Assembly (NCBI GenBank): GCA_963693365.1
Contig: CAVNZM010000001.1
Coordinates: 20,282,125-20,346,124, forward strand
Direction: 5' to 3'
From: Amoebidium appalachense
Lineage: Eukaryota; Protista; Ichthyosporea
DNA length: 64,000 bases
A model generated the notes under the pieces. That model was not told where the DNA came from. It saw only the letters and a list, made by a program, of their open reading frames with translations, and ran no database searches. Shown here in pieces: positions 1 to 22,226 of this stretch. Each line of letters starts with the position of its first letter. The stretch's first letter is position 1. Made by a program: the position numbers and the translations under genes.

Positions 1-531
1 CGTCATCACCTCGGCGACCTTCGGGTGCTTTTTGAGAAACTTGGACAGATCTTTGCGCGAGCACGCAAGCACCTTGCACTTGTCTATTGCTACTACTGAC
101 GCGCTCCGTGTGTATGACTCGTCGGGGTCAAGCATCAAGACACGCTCACCGATAAATTCGCCTGCCAACTTCTTGGACAAAAACACCGCGGACACACCGG
201 CAAGCTCGATAACCACCGAGAGCTCTCCCGCCTCGATGATGAAGAAATCCTCTGCCTCTTCGCCCTGCTTGACTAGTATGTCGCCGGCATTTAGCTTTTT
301 CCGTCTGAAAATCTTAGCCAGTGCGAGCAGCTCCTTGTCATCGAGATACATGGCAAACGGCCCGTTTTCCAGGCAGGCAAGAGGCTTGCCTGTGCCCCAC
401 AGCCGCTCTGTGATGGAGAGAGACCGTGACCTGCGGCCCTCGCTGGTTGATCCAGCCTTCTTGCGTGACTGGACGTAGCCATCCTTGCGTGCTGACGACT
501 GCTCGGCGTCAGCAGCCACAGCCGTGGCCAT
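1..531 (-). CDS. Cyclic-nucleotide-binding (cNMP/CAP_ED) domain protein, 5' part; runs off the window's left edge
   Basis: Open frame from ATG 531 to the edge (absent from the ORF track because it has no stop): MATAVAADAEQ...LDDKELLALAKIFRRKKLNAGDILVKQGEEAEDFFIIEAGELSV...GEFIGERVLM...TRSASVVAIDKCKVLACSRKDLSKFLKKHP. This matches the cNMP-binding fold pattern (GDxLxxQGE, FxIxxG, GExxGE, RSAS). Confidence 0.85.
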   Translation of the reverse strand, partial: MATAVAADAEQSSARKDGYVQSRKKAGSTSEGRRSRSLSITERLWGTGKPLACLENGPFAMYLDDKELLALAKIFRRKKLNAGDILVKQGEEAEDFFIIEAGELSVVIELAGVSAVFLSKKLAGEFIGERVLMLDPDESYTRSASVVAIDKCKVLACSRKDLSKFLKKHPKVAEVMT

Positions 532-1230
532 AATGGTCGTTTGAGTAGCTGGCTTGAGTGAACAGAGAATGCGGTAGGCAGGTCTTAGAGGGCAAATTGC
601 CCGAGAGATGTACCTAGAGTTAAAGCTTATTCAAGCCAGCAAGAGGTGTCACAGCTAGTCACTATAATCGAGCATAGTTTATGTACTTTCAAAGTCGCTT
701 GTTTTCAGCAGAAACTCAAATGAATCTGGCGCACCAACTTGGCACACATTTATCCGGGTGTGGCACGAAGCCGTGCATGGTGGCAAAAGTCGGCAACAAC
801 AGCAACATGAATTTGTAAAGGTCTAAATATAATTGAACATTAAACATCGTTACTATTGGATAATAGCACAAGAATGGGTTAATGTTAACTTTAAAAATCA
901 TTCCACAATCTGATTTATCTCCGGTTACCGCATTCCGGTCAACATTCTTCAGCAATAAACTGTCGGGGCCTGATTCAGAATAAGAGGGCGAGGGAGGGCG
1001 TCGATCAGGGTGAGGGGCGAGTCAGCCCTCGGTGACGGACACCAAGGCTTGGTGGAAAGGCCTTGAGTGATGTCGATCGTCGAAACGTTAATATCAAGCA
1101 CTGACTAAAGCCTGAAGATATGTTACATACAAGAAGTGTAGACTGGCACATGTGCAGCAATGTCATCACAGTTGGCCTTTGCGAGTGTGTGTGCGTCCGT
1201 ACGTGTGTGCGAGCGCGTGTATGTGTGCAG

Positions 1231-1415
<185 letters not shown>

Positions 1416-1563
1416 CTGTGTGTGTGCGTGTGTGTGCTGTACACGTGTGTGGGCACACTTACTTCTGTGCCGTTCAAGTTCATCAACAGGTTCCTCACTT
1501 TCGTGTATGCATATCAAGCCTCCCCCCCCCCCCCCCCCCCCCCCCACCACCACCACCACCACC

Positions 1564-1664
<101 letters not shown>

Positions 1665-3361
1665 CAACAAAAACAACAACACAACAACAACAACAACAAC
1701 AACCATAGTAACTTCAACAGTGGTCCTGTCTGACATGGCTGTTTGACATGGGTGCCTCTGCCCGGGCGCCTATGGGCCGGTCCGCCTGCACAGTGAATAT
1801 GGGAGTGGGTGGCCATATGGATGGCACTTATTCTGGGCTTTTTCGGCTTCATGTTACGGAACATGTAAGTCATGATCACCGTAGCCACATGGACCGCCTT
1901 AGGGATCCGTGAATTTGAAACGGAATGGGGGGGAAGGGAGGCTGGTGGGTTGGAGTAGTAATTATCGACGTCCCCTCTGGTGGTAACCCCGCCCCCGCCC
2001 CCCGGAGAGAGGTCGGGGGGGTTTGGGGGGGGGGAGGAGAAGGGGGGCATCCACCCCGCAAAGGAGATGGGCCCCGCCCCTCCTCCCCTCCTCCTCCCCC
2101 CTCCCCCCCCCCCCCCTCCCCCCCTTCCTGCCCCACTCCCCTCCCGAAGGTAGTCACAGGGCTGGGTGTGTCCTTCCCCCCCCTCCGGGGGGGGAGGAGG
2201 GGCCCACCTTGGCCGTTGGGGTGTCTCCCCCTCCCCCTCCCCCCTCCCCCCTCCCCCCTCTCTTCCCCTCCCCCTTCCCCAACCTCCCTCCCCCCCCCCC
2301 CCCCACGCGTGCGCGGGCCAAACATCTCTTTTCCACTAGCCATAGGCTGTATGCGTTACGGTCGAATATTGGGGGCAAGGTTTTCGTGCATGTTCTCACC
2401 CTGCAGTGTTTGTGTGCGTGTCTGTGTGGCGGGGAATGTGTATGTGTGTTGTGTGGGTGAGTGTATCTGCATATTCGGTTGGATGCGCATCAATATGCAG
2501 CTGGTTTGTGCATCTCGTGTGAGCGTTTGGTAGGTATGTGTGCAGGTGCTTGTATATTGAATACGTGCGGAAGTGTGTGTGTGTGTCTGTGCGTGCGGTA
2601 CTGAGGGAGAATGCAGGCGAGACCCTCATGCCCGCGAGGGGAGGGACTTCCGGAGAGGGGAGGGACTTCCGGAGAGGGGGAGGGAGGGGAGGAGGGGAGG
2701 GCACGGGTGGAGGGGGGTTTGGGGATGGGGGGAGCTCGAGCACGACAGTACGGCATAGCACTATGTAGCCTGAGTTTCAGGTGCTCAAGGAGTCCTGTTG
2801 GTAGTTGCTTCAATATTTCGGGAATGCCACATAAGCCGTTGCCACATCAAAATACTATTAGGATCAGGTTATCTAACTGTCATATACTCTTCATGGCAAC
2901 CCCTAGGGTGGGGGTGGGGTGGGGGTGGGCCCGCCCCCCCGGTGGGGGGGGGAGGGGGGGGGGGGGGGGGAGGGGGGGGAGGGAGGAGGGGGGGGGGAGG
3001 AAGGGGAAGGGGAGGGGGGCACCATCTACCTTGCTAAGGTGGTGGTGACCCCCTCCTTCCCCCTCTCCCCCTGCTAACCGAAAGGGTGGCTCCGGGGGGA
3101 GGGGGAGGGGGGGGGGAGGGGGGGGAGGGGGGGGGGGGGAGGGGGCTGTCCAAATTTAAAGCGAGGGGTGTGGGTTCTTCCCCTCCCTCCCTTCCTCCCC
3201 CCATCCCCTTCAAAGTTACTATTATTCCTACCCGCTCTCCGTTTCTGAATTCTTTTCTCCGGATCCAGCATGCTCAATGCTCCCCCCCCCCCCCCCCCCC
3301 CCCTCCCCCTCCCCCCCCCCCCCCCCCCCCTCCCCCCCCCTCCCCCCTCTCTCCCCTCTGC

Positions 3362-3841
3362 GCATGTGTGGTATACCGTATGAGCATATATCAGTAAAAG
3401 ATACGGTGTACACAGTGATCACACGATCAGCCTGAGAGGTGGGCCACTTGTGGGCCTGACCTTGGCATGAGTGTGAGCATAAGGGGAACGTGCAGGATAC
3501 GTGCACATTCACCTTCCGGATCCGATGGGTAGCCTGCAACGGGGGCCGTGACACAAACACAAACATCTATCAGATGAGTGAGAACATCGTGCCACGAGCG
3601 CCACGGAGGACGACGTTCTCACTCATCTGATAGATGTTTGTGTTTGTGTCACGGCCCCCGTTGCAGGCTCCCCGTCGGAAGGTGAATGTGCACGTATCCT
3701 GCACGTTCCCCTTATGCTCACACTCATGCCAAGGTCACGCCCACAAGTGGCCCACCTCTCAGGCTGATCGTGTGATCACTGTGTACACCGTATCTTTTAC
3801 TGATATATGCTCATACGGACACACATGATACCACAGCATGC
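3362..3841. repeat. Long near-perfect inverted repeat (foldback) with ~215-bp arms and a 19-nt loop
   Basis: 3376-3590 is the reverse complement of 3610-3818, with a few mismatches and one small indel. Loop 3591-3609. Weaker pairing extends to 3362/3841. Confidence 0.95.
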
Positions 3842-4187
3842 CCTCCGGCTGGGCCAAAACATCCCCCCCCCCCCCCCCCCCCCCTTCCCCCCGTCTAGAT
3901 AGCTAGGCCTCCCCCACACCATCCCCATGGCGTCTTCCTATTGCCAACTGGCAGACAATATTAAGTCATAAACTCCCTTCTCTCCCGAGCTTCGAATCAA
4001 ATTAATGATTGCAATTGTCCGGGCGCCGCCGCACTGAGCTAGTGTGATCAGGTCCGGGAACACCGGGCGTTTGCCCCTCCCTCCCTCCCTCCCTGTACAC
4101 TCACCCTCCCCCCCCCCCCACCCCACCCCCTCCCCCCCTCCCCCCCCCCCCCCCTCCACCCCTGCCCACCCCTCCTCTCCTTCCCCC

Positions 4188-4264
<77 letters not shown>

Positions 4265-5076
4265 TTCCCCCTCCCCCCTAGGCCTAGGCCTGAACATTAG
4301 GGCCCCTCCTTAAACGTACGTACACACACACGCACACATGCACACACACGCTGGGCCACTCACCTATGGCCACCCCTTTAGATACATTGCAGTAGACCAT
4401 TTGTAAGTGGTTCCCAGCAGATCGACATAAGCTTGCACTCGAGTCACTGAGCCGTCACGCCAGACAGCCAGAAACATTTCAGGAAACATTCAAGGCCGGA
4501 TCTATTTGAGCGCGGCAAACATCTTGTTCCTGTTTGATTGGCCCAGGCTGTCTGTGGCTTAGAACGAAGTTAGAAGGGCAAGCAAGGGTGTGTTCATGTC
4601 CGCCATAAGCATTATCACTCCAGCGCACAAAGAAGTACTATATGCATCCAAAGAAAACGGAGAGGTTGCGGCTTCTTTTTCTGTATACATTCACATGTAC
4701 AGCCTTTTGTATTTCTCCTGTCGCTTATCGGCGTTATGGCCGGCCACATGTGCTTCCGGAGTTTCGGCCCGCTAGATCCTTTTGATTAGCCTTATAAGGC
4801 AGGTGTTTTGACCTGGTGCGTGCCTCTGAGATTCCGTCTGTGCTCATGATGCATGTCCCGACTCCTTCAAAAAGGAGGCTATGCAGCACAGAGGTAAGGC
4901 CCCTTTATCCCTCCTCATACCAAGTAGCTCACGATGTAACAAAGTGTGTTAGTTGGAGATGAACCCAATAGTAGGTGTTAGTTAGAAATATGAGCGAGCA
5001 GACAAGGTTAGAAAATTATACAGTTCAGTTCTAATTCTGTGCCTGAGGCGCTGTGGTAGACCTCGGTCTGCGCGCG

Positions 5077-14433
<9,357 letters not shown>

Positions 14434-14676
14434 GCCACTGCCCATACATGATCACTAACATGCACACACCGGGCATGCACACATCCCCGCATGCCCTTTT
14501 TGAATTTGGAACCGCAAATCTTACCTACACGAAAGCCAATGATGGAAATAGAGATAGAACGGCCTAGGGAACGTCACACTAGACCGAGCACTGCATGTAC
14601 TGGAAGACGAATCTAGAGCCCCCCCCCCCCCCCGAAATTTAGAGGGGGGTTTTGAGAGATAGAGAAGCGCTGGGGT

Positions 14677-14715
<39 letters not shown>

Positions 14716-15175
14716 AAGAGAGGGGAGCTAAAGAGACACGGGCTTGCAAATTTGTTAATATCAAATAATGGCACAAATGAAATTTGTTAGCAATTTTGTA
14801 TACGTAGAAGCGTTGAACTGAAAGAACGCGAAATCGTTTTATATGTGCCCTGTGTGTGCACATAAGCAAGTGCAGAACCGATAGGTCTCGGTTTCGGAAC
14901 GATAGATCAAGCCTTGCAACATATATTTGGCTTTGCTGTGCAAAGCAGAAAAATCGAATCGAATTTGGGTATCGTATGTAGCCGACCTCCAAAAATGAAG
15001 GGTGCAGATGAACACATGCAGTTGGCATCATTTTGAACCTCATCGACTATGATAAGTCGACAGATTCTATCAGATTTATTGTTGGCTTGGTGCCGGCACC
15101 AGCCAATCATACACTTGCTACACACACCATATTTGGGCATGAGGTGCCAGCACCATCACGTAACCTCCCAATCAT

Positions 15176-15622
15176 TTACTTCTGCACAAATGCGGCTAGG
15201 TCACCCAGCCATTTCATGTACTCCCTCTGCTCCTTGTCGAAGTAAAGCACCTGCAAAGGGTGTGTTAGCCACACTGCTGCATTACACCACAAAGGGTATC
15301 ATGCCCCTACCATACCAGCCCGAGGCACATGCCCGATCCAACCAATTTTGCATGATTCTCAGCCGCACAGCCGCAACCACGACAAGGTCAGGGTAGGAAT
15401 GTATGCTTCGTGCCATGCACACAGCAGGTTGGGTCTAAGCACGTGCACCCACACATCAAAGCATGTCTGCATGCCCCAACAACCACCACACCCACGCCGT
15501 TTGCTAGAGGCCCGCAGGCATCATGCATGGGCCAACAACCAAAAAGACAACACCTACCCACCAGTCCAAAGCCGCGAGAATCGATCCCACTTTTCCACAC
15601 ACACACACAACAAGGAGGCATA

Positions 15623-15653
<31 letters not shown>

Positions 15654-15995
15654 AAAAATAAACTAAAAAAATAAAAAAAATTCACCGCCACCACCACCAC
15701 GAGTCACCCACCGTGGTACCAAAGAGAAAACTCACCTCGATGAAGTTACCAAGGTCCTCGTTGATTCCTCGGGAGGCCAAGTAGTCGATGACGGCCTGCT
15801 GCAGTGTCTGTGGTGCCCAGTGACGTCAGATCACACACACACACACACACCCACACACACGCACACACAGAGAGAGAGAGAGAGAGCGAGAGATGGGGGC
15901 GGGAGGGGGGTGGGAGAGGGAGAGAGGAGGAAGAGAGAGAGTGAGAGAGAGAAAGAGAGCGGGGAGAGAGGGGGGGGGGGGGGGGGGGGGGGGGG

Positions 15996-16032
<37 letters not shown>

Positions 16033-16105
16033 GGAGAGCGGGAGAGAGGGAAGAACACAATGTGAGAAGTTTGACACATGCACAACACCAGTCGTCCCTG
16101 CAAAG

Positions 16106-16142
<37 letters not shown>

Positions 16143-16457
16143 CCACCCTCACACACACACACACACACACACACAAAAAAAAAAGAGAGAAAGAGAAAGA
16201 GAAAGAAAAAAGGACGACCAGCTCACAAGCGAATTAGCCTATCCCCATGGTGCACCCATGTGTGTGACGTCATACCTCATCCAGCTCCGACAGCTTCGGG
16301 CCGGGGTAGTCGGCAAGCTCCACAAGGGGGTTGTCCTTGAGCGCTGCAGGGTTAGAAACAACAGGTCAGGGTTAGAAACAACAGGTCAGGGTTAGAAACA
16401 TCGCCAGGCACACACCCAACGAAACACACAAGTTACAATGTACTTCATCTACATAAG

Positions 16458-16492
<35 letters not shown>

Positions 16493-17567
16493 CCTTCTAC
16501 GAGAAGACACTTTTGGTTTTTCGTGATTTTCCACCCATCGCAGCGATCGAAACCCCTTTGAGCCTATACTTAAATGAAAGCCAATTTTTGCTCTATCGAG
16601 CGGTACTGTTTGTTAGCGACGCGCGATTACGAAAAGTTTTATTAGGATATATGTGTTTTTCATTTATGAACCTTATTTCATCAGATGACGATTGAATCGA
16701 CACTCAGACATTGACCAATCATTAAATCGTTTTGGCTCAAGATCAAACTACAAAATGTAAACGATAGCTAACCATTGGATATTAAAGTTAGATCAATCGA
16801 TACCGATCGAGTTTTAACTTCGGAGTGTCTTCTCGTGGAAGGTACATATTAGTTGTGGTGAGAAGGACAAAAGACATTAATTGTATTCAACATATATACG
16901 AACACGAATGATAAGGCCGAACCAACTCTTTCACCGATGTAGAGAGGCAGGCGAGTGGGAGAGAACGTCGTGGTGGGAGGGAGGAGGAGGAGGAGGAGGA
17001 GGGGGGGATGCTCTCCATAGAAGGAAATATTCTAGGCACAGGCACAGGACGATATACGAGGGAATCGAGCAAGGATATGTGGGGGGCACGCACCCTCCTC
17101 ATCCGGGGTGTTGTCGAAGTAGATCTGGGTGCAGTCCAGCTGCCCGCCAAGTGACGACATCTGCAGCACCATGGCCCCCGCATTCTTGGCCTGAAATCAG
17201 TGTCAGCATGCAGAAAACATAGCATGTGCTCTGGAGAGGAGAAGTGGGTGTGCAGGGGCGGGAGGTGGGGTGCCATGTACAAAGCAAAGGGTGTGTCTGT
17301 ATGTCTGTATGTCCGTGTCTGTCTCTGTATGGTTGTGGTTGTGTGTGTGCCTCTGTATTTCTTGTGTGGTTGTGATTGTGTCTAAATCTGTATGCCTGTG
17401 CTTCTCTGTCGGTGTGTCCATGTGTCTGCGTTCGTTTTTGCACGGGTCTCCGTGTTTAAATGTCTGTGGCTCTCTTTATCAGTGAGGGCATAGAGTGTGC
17501 AAGTGCTATGTGCTTTTTTTTGGTGTATGGGCAAGCACGGGGGGCACCAGGGGAGGGAGGAGAAAAA

Positions 17568-17598
<31 letters not shown>

Positions 17599-17691
17599 GA
17601 ATGCGTCAAAAAGTACGAAGTACACAAGAACAAACGGATAACACGATGCAGAATGCAAGCCATACATAAAGAGTATGCATCATAAGCAGAG

Positions 17692-17730
<39 letters not shown>

Positions 17731-18513
17731 ACATACCCCCTCCTTGACGATCTGAACGCTGAAGGGGACTGGGATGGACGACTGTGCGGTGAAGGAGGGT
17801 CAGATCGTACTATTGGGTCCAATGGGCCACAACATTCCTTGCCGGCGATGATGAATATTTGAATAAGATCTAATACGCCACCCCACTCATCATGTATGTT
17901 GCAACCAAATTCAACTAACACCGTGCAATATCTTCTCGCAAACAGAAATATGAGAGTGCATGGCATCTACCAGCTCTAAAGATGCTAGTTTCTCAACCTT
18001 AGTCCGTGCACGAGCGAGAACTATCGACACTTGAATTAATTGCACAGCCGCCAATTCAGATCGTTCAATCACATCTAAATTGCAGTCTAAGTTCAAAATA
18101 AGCACATCATATGGATGCATTTCAACTATCAGCCGTATTGTGAAAGGACTTGAAGCAGTGTGCACATGTGAAAGACACATCGCTAGGACTACTGTACTGT
18201 GTGCATCTGTGAATACTTCCTGCTTGTGTGCAGATATGCTCACACGCCCATGTGTGTGCATGTGCGCATGTGTGTGAGTGTGTGTGTGTGCGCGCGCATG
18301 CGTATGCATCTGTGAGCATGTGTGCATCTGTGTTTGTGTGTGTGTGTGTGCATGTTCATGTGTGGATGTGCATGTGCTTGTGTGTGTGCCTGTGTGTGCT
18401 TGTGGCCCACACCTGCTCATCCTCGGTCATGCCCTCCTCGGGATCCATCACCCCCAGAGTCACATTGATGCTGCAGCACACCAGTCAGTCACAGGCACCT
18501 TGCAAGTGTGTGT

Positions 18514-18562
<49 letters not shown>

Positions 18563-19261
18563 AACAGGGGGGGGGGGGGGAGAGAAGTGCGGAAACCTGA
18601 GCGTGGTGGTTGCAGAACGGGCCAGGGAAGGGGAGGGGAGGGGAGGGGGAGGAGGAGGAGGATCCGATGTAACGAAACTACAATAACGTGTCCCTACCTA
18701 CAACTCGAGACCAGACATCGGCACTCGTGTGTGCATTCATAGTGCCCATTTTAATTAGCTGCATGCATTCATGGTGCCCATTCTAATTAGCTGCATGTAT
18801 TCTAATTAGCTGCATGCATTCATAGTGCCCATTCTAATTGGTTGCATGCATTGAGAGTGACCATTGTAACTAAAATTAGCTGCACGCATTGGGGCCACCC
18901 ACGTCTCGTTGCCGACCACATTCCTGATGTACACATCCCTCGACCCCGCAGTGTCCTCCACCTGCATACAAATAGGTCATCAGTCCATCCCTCCATCCGT
19001 CCCGTCCCCCCTCCCCCCCTCCCCCCCCCCCCCCCCCCCAGCGGGCGTTTTACATGTACGACAGTTGCCCACCAGCCGACACAAACACATGCAACATGCC
19101 GAACTTGCAGAGCAAGAGATCAACAAACAATGATACACCCAGCTGCTAATATTAGGCGAAGCAAGTATGCATGCTGCCAAGGCACACCCATCAGTTGCAC
19201 ACAGGGGCATCCAGGTTACATCACCCTCCCTCCCCTCCTCCTCCCCCCCCCCCCCCTCACA

Positions 19262-19294
<33 letters not shown>

Positions 19295-21177
19295 GAAAGA
19301 AAGAAAGAAAGAAGGAGAAGAAGAAAAGAAACAGAACATACAGAAAAACACATGCACACAACCACATCCACGGTGAGAAGGGATGCAGACTATGGGCAGA
19401 GTAAAGCACCACCGAGTGACCCACACATGCTGGTTTCTCCCATGTGGAATGCAGCAACGCAAATGCCCACCACAAACAACACAGTGTAGGTCACAGTCAC
19501 AGCTACATCGGCCACACAGAGTAAACATCAGCAATGTGTGTGTGTGTGTGTGTGTGTGCGCGCACACACATGCAGGTGTGTGCGTGCGTGCGGGTGTGCG
19601 CATGCGTGTGTGACGGGCGAAGGGAAGGGAGGGGGGGGGGGGGGGGAGGGGTACCAACCTTCCAGGTGGTGTTCTTGAGGAAGGCAGCCACCTCGTCATT
19701 TGGCTGCACACCACCATATATGGTAAGTCCAAAGCACACCTCAGGCTCCTCCCCCCCCCTCTCCCCCATCATATTCCAAACACATGGACATTGCCTCATT
19801 GCCCCTTTTCTTCTTCATCTTCTTCCTCCCTCGCTCACCTTCATAGAAACGACCATATCTGCACGGCACACACATACACACACACACGTTTCAACATATC
19901 TGGGACAACCATCGACACGTACACACATTGGGCACTCAAACCTGTACACGAGCTCCTCCACCTACCTACCCCACCCCACCCTCACACACACACACACACA
20001 TGCACACCTTGTAGTTCTCCTTCTCATAACCCAGCTCCTTAGCCAGTGCCTGGGCAAAGCTGCTGCTTGCCTGCTGAGGGTTCTTGGCTGCCTCCGTCAC
20101 GGACTCGGCTGCAGGGGTGAATGTAAGAGAAAAAATACTGTTGCAAGGCTCGGCGCAACTATTCGTACACTGCCACACACATAATATCCTCCCCCCCCCC
20201 CCCCCCTCAAACCCCCTCCTTCTCGTCTCCCGCCTTTATTCGTCCCATGGGCAGTAGAGAATAATTGAATAAGCTCCAAGGGACCCGGGGAGAGAGTGTG
20301 GCAAGAGTGTGGGGTGCAGGGGGAGGGGGAGGGGGGGGGGGATACCTTATAAAGTGCTAATTAAAAAACACCCAACATAACACACGCTTCAGCACACCAT
20401 CCGGAAGAGGGTAAAGGGGGTGGCGAAAAGCGAGAGAATACGGGAGAGAGGGGGAGGAGAGAGATAGGTGAGATCGAGAGACCAAGGGAAGGCTCCCTAG
20501 GCATAAAAAAAGGGGAAGTAGAGAGGGGGCGAGGGTGGAGGTGGGGGCGAGAAAAAGGGGGACGGGGGTGAGGGAGGGGGATGGAGAAAAGAGGGAGGTG
20601 GGGAGAGGGGAAGTAAGGGAGAGAGGGGCCGGGAGGGGGGGGGGAGGGGGGGGGGGTAAGGGGGGAAGAAAGAAAGATAGAAAGAGAGAGGGAGGGGAGG
20701 GGAAGGGAGGGAGGGAGGGTGACACACAGAGAGATAGAGGGGGGGGGGGGGGGGGGGAGAGAGAGAGAGAAGCGAGAGGCGGAGAGGGAGATGGGAGAGG
20801 GAGGGGAGGGGGGAAGGGGAGGGGGAGGAGGGGGTGGGGAAGGAGCACACACACATACACAAAGAGAGAGAGGGGCGGAGGGGGGGAGGGGGGGGAGAGA
20901 GAGAGGGGGGGGGGGAAGGAGAGTGGGGGAGAGCGAGGAGTGCTAGAGCGAGGGAAACGGGTAAGGGAGAGAGGGAGAGGGAGGGGGGGGGGGGGGGGGA
21001 GGAAATAAGATAGGACCCACCTGCTATGGTGATGTTGCGTGCGCCCAGCAGGGACCAGGCCGTGGGCACGGCAGCAGCTGGCACGGCCGTGCGCACAGCT
21101 ACAGTGCGTGCCACGGCAGTGACGGCCACACGGGCCTGGGCAAGCGCCCCGAGACGGCAGGCTGACGTGCGCAACAT
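15176..21177 (-). CDS. MAM33: Mitochondrial acidic matrix protein MAM33/p32 (C1QBP-like), ~10 exons
   Basis: Arg/Ala-rich presequence MLRTSACRLGALAQARVA..., then exons ...LAKELGYEKENYK|...|SSIPVPFSVQIVKEG|AKNAGAMVLQMSS...|YPGPKLSELDE|TLQQAVIDYLASRGINEDLGNFIE|VLYFDKEQREYMKWLGDLAAFVQK*. The C-terminus matches the MAM33 family signature (YxGPxxxxLDE...L..RGI...KEQxEYxxWL). Confidence 0.88.
16347..16400. repeat. 20-bp tandem repeat (~2.7 copies) repeating the branch-point region of a MAM33 intron
   Basis: CAGGGTTAGAAACAACAGGT repeats. On the - strand they read TTTCTAACCCTG three times, and the last copy ends in the acceptor CTGCAG. Confidence 0.85.
16493..16842. mobile_element. ~350-bp MITE with TA target duplication (Tc1/mariner-type), in a MAM33 intron
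   Basis: TA|CCTTCTACGAGAAGACACT ... AGTGTCTTCTCGTGGAAGG|TA: 19-bp terminal inverted repeats (TIRs) with 1 mismatch and an AT-rich interior. Confidence 0.8.
17597..17693 (-). mobile_element. Poly(C)-associated Penelope-like element, family A, 5'-truncated copy (97 bp)
   Basis: Near-identical to the 3'-terminal ~97 bp of the 26561 copy. G-tracts lie on both sides. It is in a MAM33 intron close to a donor site. Confidence 0.85.
18730..18890. repeat. Degenerate ~32-bp tandem repeat in a MAM33 intron
   Basis: Repeated TGCATTCATAGTGCCCATTYTAATTAGCTGCA-like units. Confidence 0.7.
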
Positions 21178-21270
21178 GGTGGAGAAGGAGTGCCTGTCTG
21201 CGTGTACGTGTGGGTGTGGGTGTGTGTGTGGGTGTGTGGTTGCGTGTGCGCACGTTAAGCGGGTGTGTAC

Positions 21271-21312
<42 letters not shown>

Positions 21313-22226
21313 CTGTGTGGGTGTGTGTGTGTGTGGGTGTGTGTGTGTGTGTGTGTGCGTGTGTGTGTGTTGAGGATGGGGGTGGTAAGGTTAGGATGCA
21401 GCAGAGATGAAGCTTCACAAAATGCATTCTAAAAAGCAGGACGGCAAAATATGTGGCAAAATACGGGAGCAAAATTCTGAAAAGGCGCCCATGTGTATGC
21501 CTTACTCACGTTTAACGGGAGCACGTTGACAGCCAAGCACACAATGCCCAAGGTGCTTAGGGAAAAACGCCAAAAAGAAACAGAGATATGAGTGCTTGGT
21601 ACAGATAAGCAATGGGAAGAGCTCAAAAAAAGAAAAAAATCAGAACCAGTTCAAGTAACTCGTGTAAGAACTCGCCCAACCACCTTGAAACAGGAGCACA
21701 TGAAAAAAGAACTTACGGGAAAGTGTCGTGTGTGTGTGTGCATGTGTGCGTTCTGCTGAGCCAAGTCTTGTACTTGTGTAGCTGTGACGTCAGAGGTAGA
21801 AAGCGCGGTGAGGGAAGAAACTTAAAATACCCAATGAAACAACAATTTGATAAGTTTAAACAAAAGTTCACTTGTTTATTTATGAAGTATTGTACAATTG
21901 GCAGTTTTTTATTTAGTGTAATTTTGATGGCTATATGACTGCATGAAACAATTGTTGTTGCTTTTTGTTAGAAGAAATCTACATTTTTAAAATGCCTTTC
22001 AAACGTAAGTGCGGTTTTTGGTTCGTCGCTGTACACGGCCAAAAACCCCTACTGACTGCCCATTGTGCAATCCTTTTTGCCGGACTACTTGTTCAAGTTT
22101 CGCCGAGTTGACGAGACCGAGCTCGCGAGAGAGACCGTTTGTATGTCTGTGTGTAAGCCATTTAAACCTGCAGTCTTATGTCTCAAAGCAGGCGCAAATA
22201 AGCCTCAGCATATCTGGCTGGCAGAG

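Noticed and set aside
32-478. 148-aa + strand ORF
   Set aside because: Antisense shadow of the - strand cNMP-binding CDS.
716-955. 79-aa - strand ORF in AT-rich sequence
   Set aside because: Non-ATG start, no recognisable motif and no splice support.
22065-22226. Upstream in-frame extension of the RNF141-like ORF
   Set aside because: It starts at a non-ATG codon, and homology to RNF141 begins at MGQ (22227).
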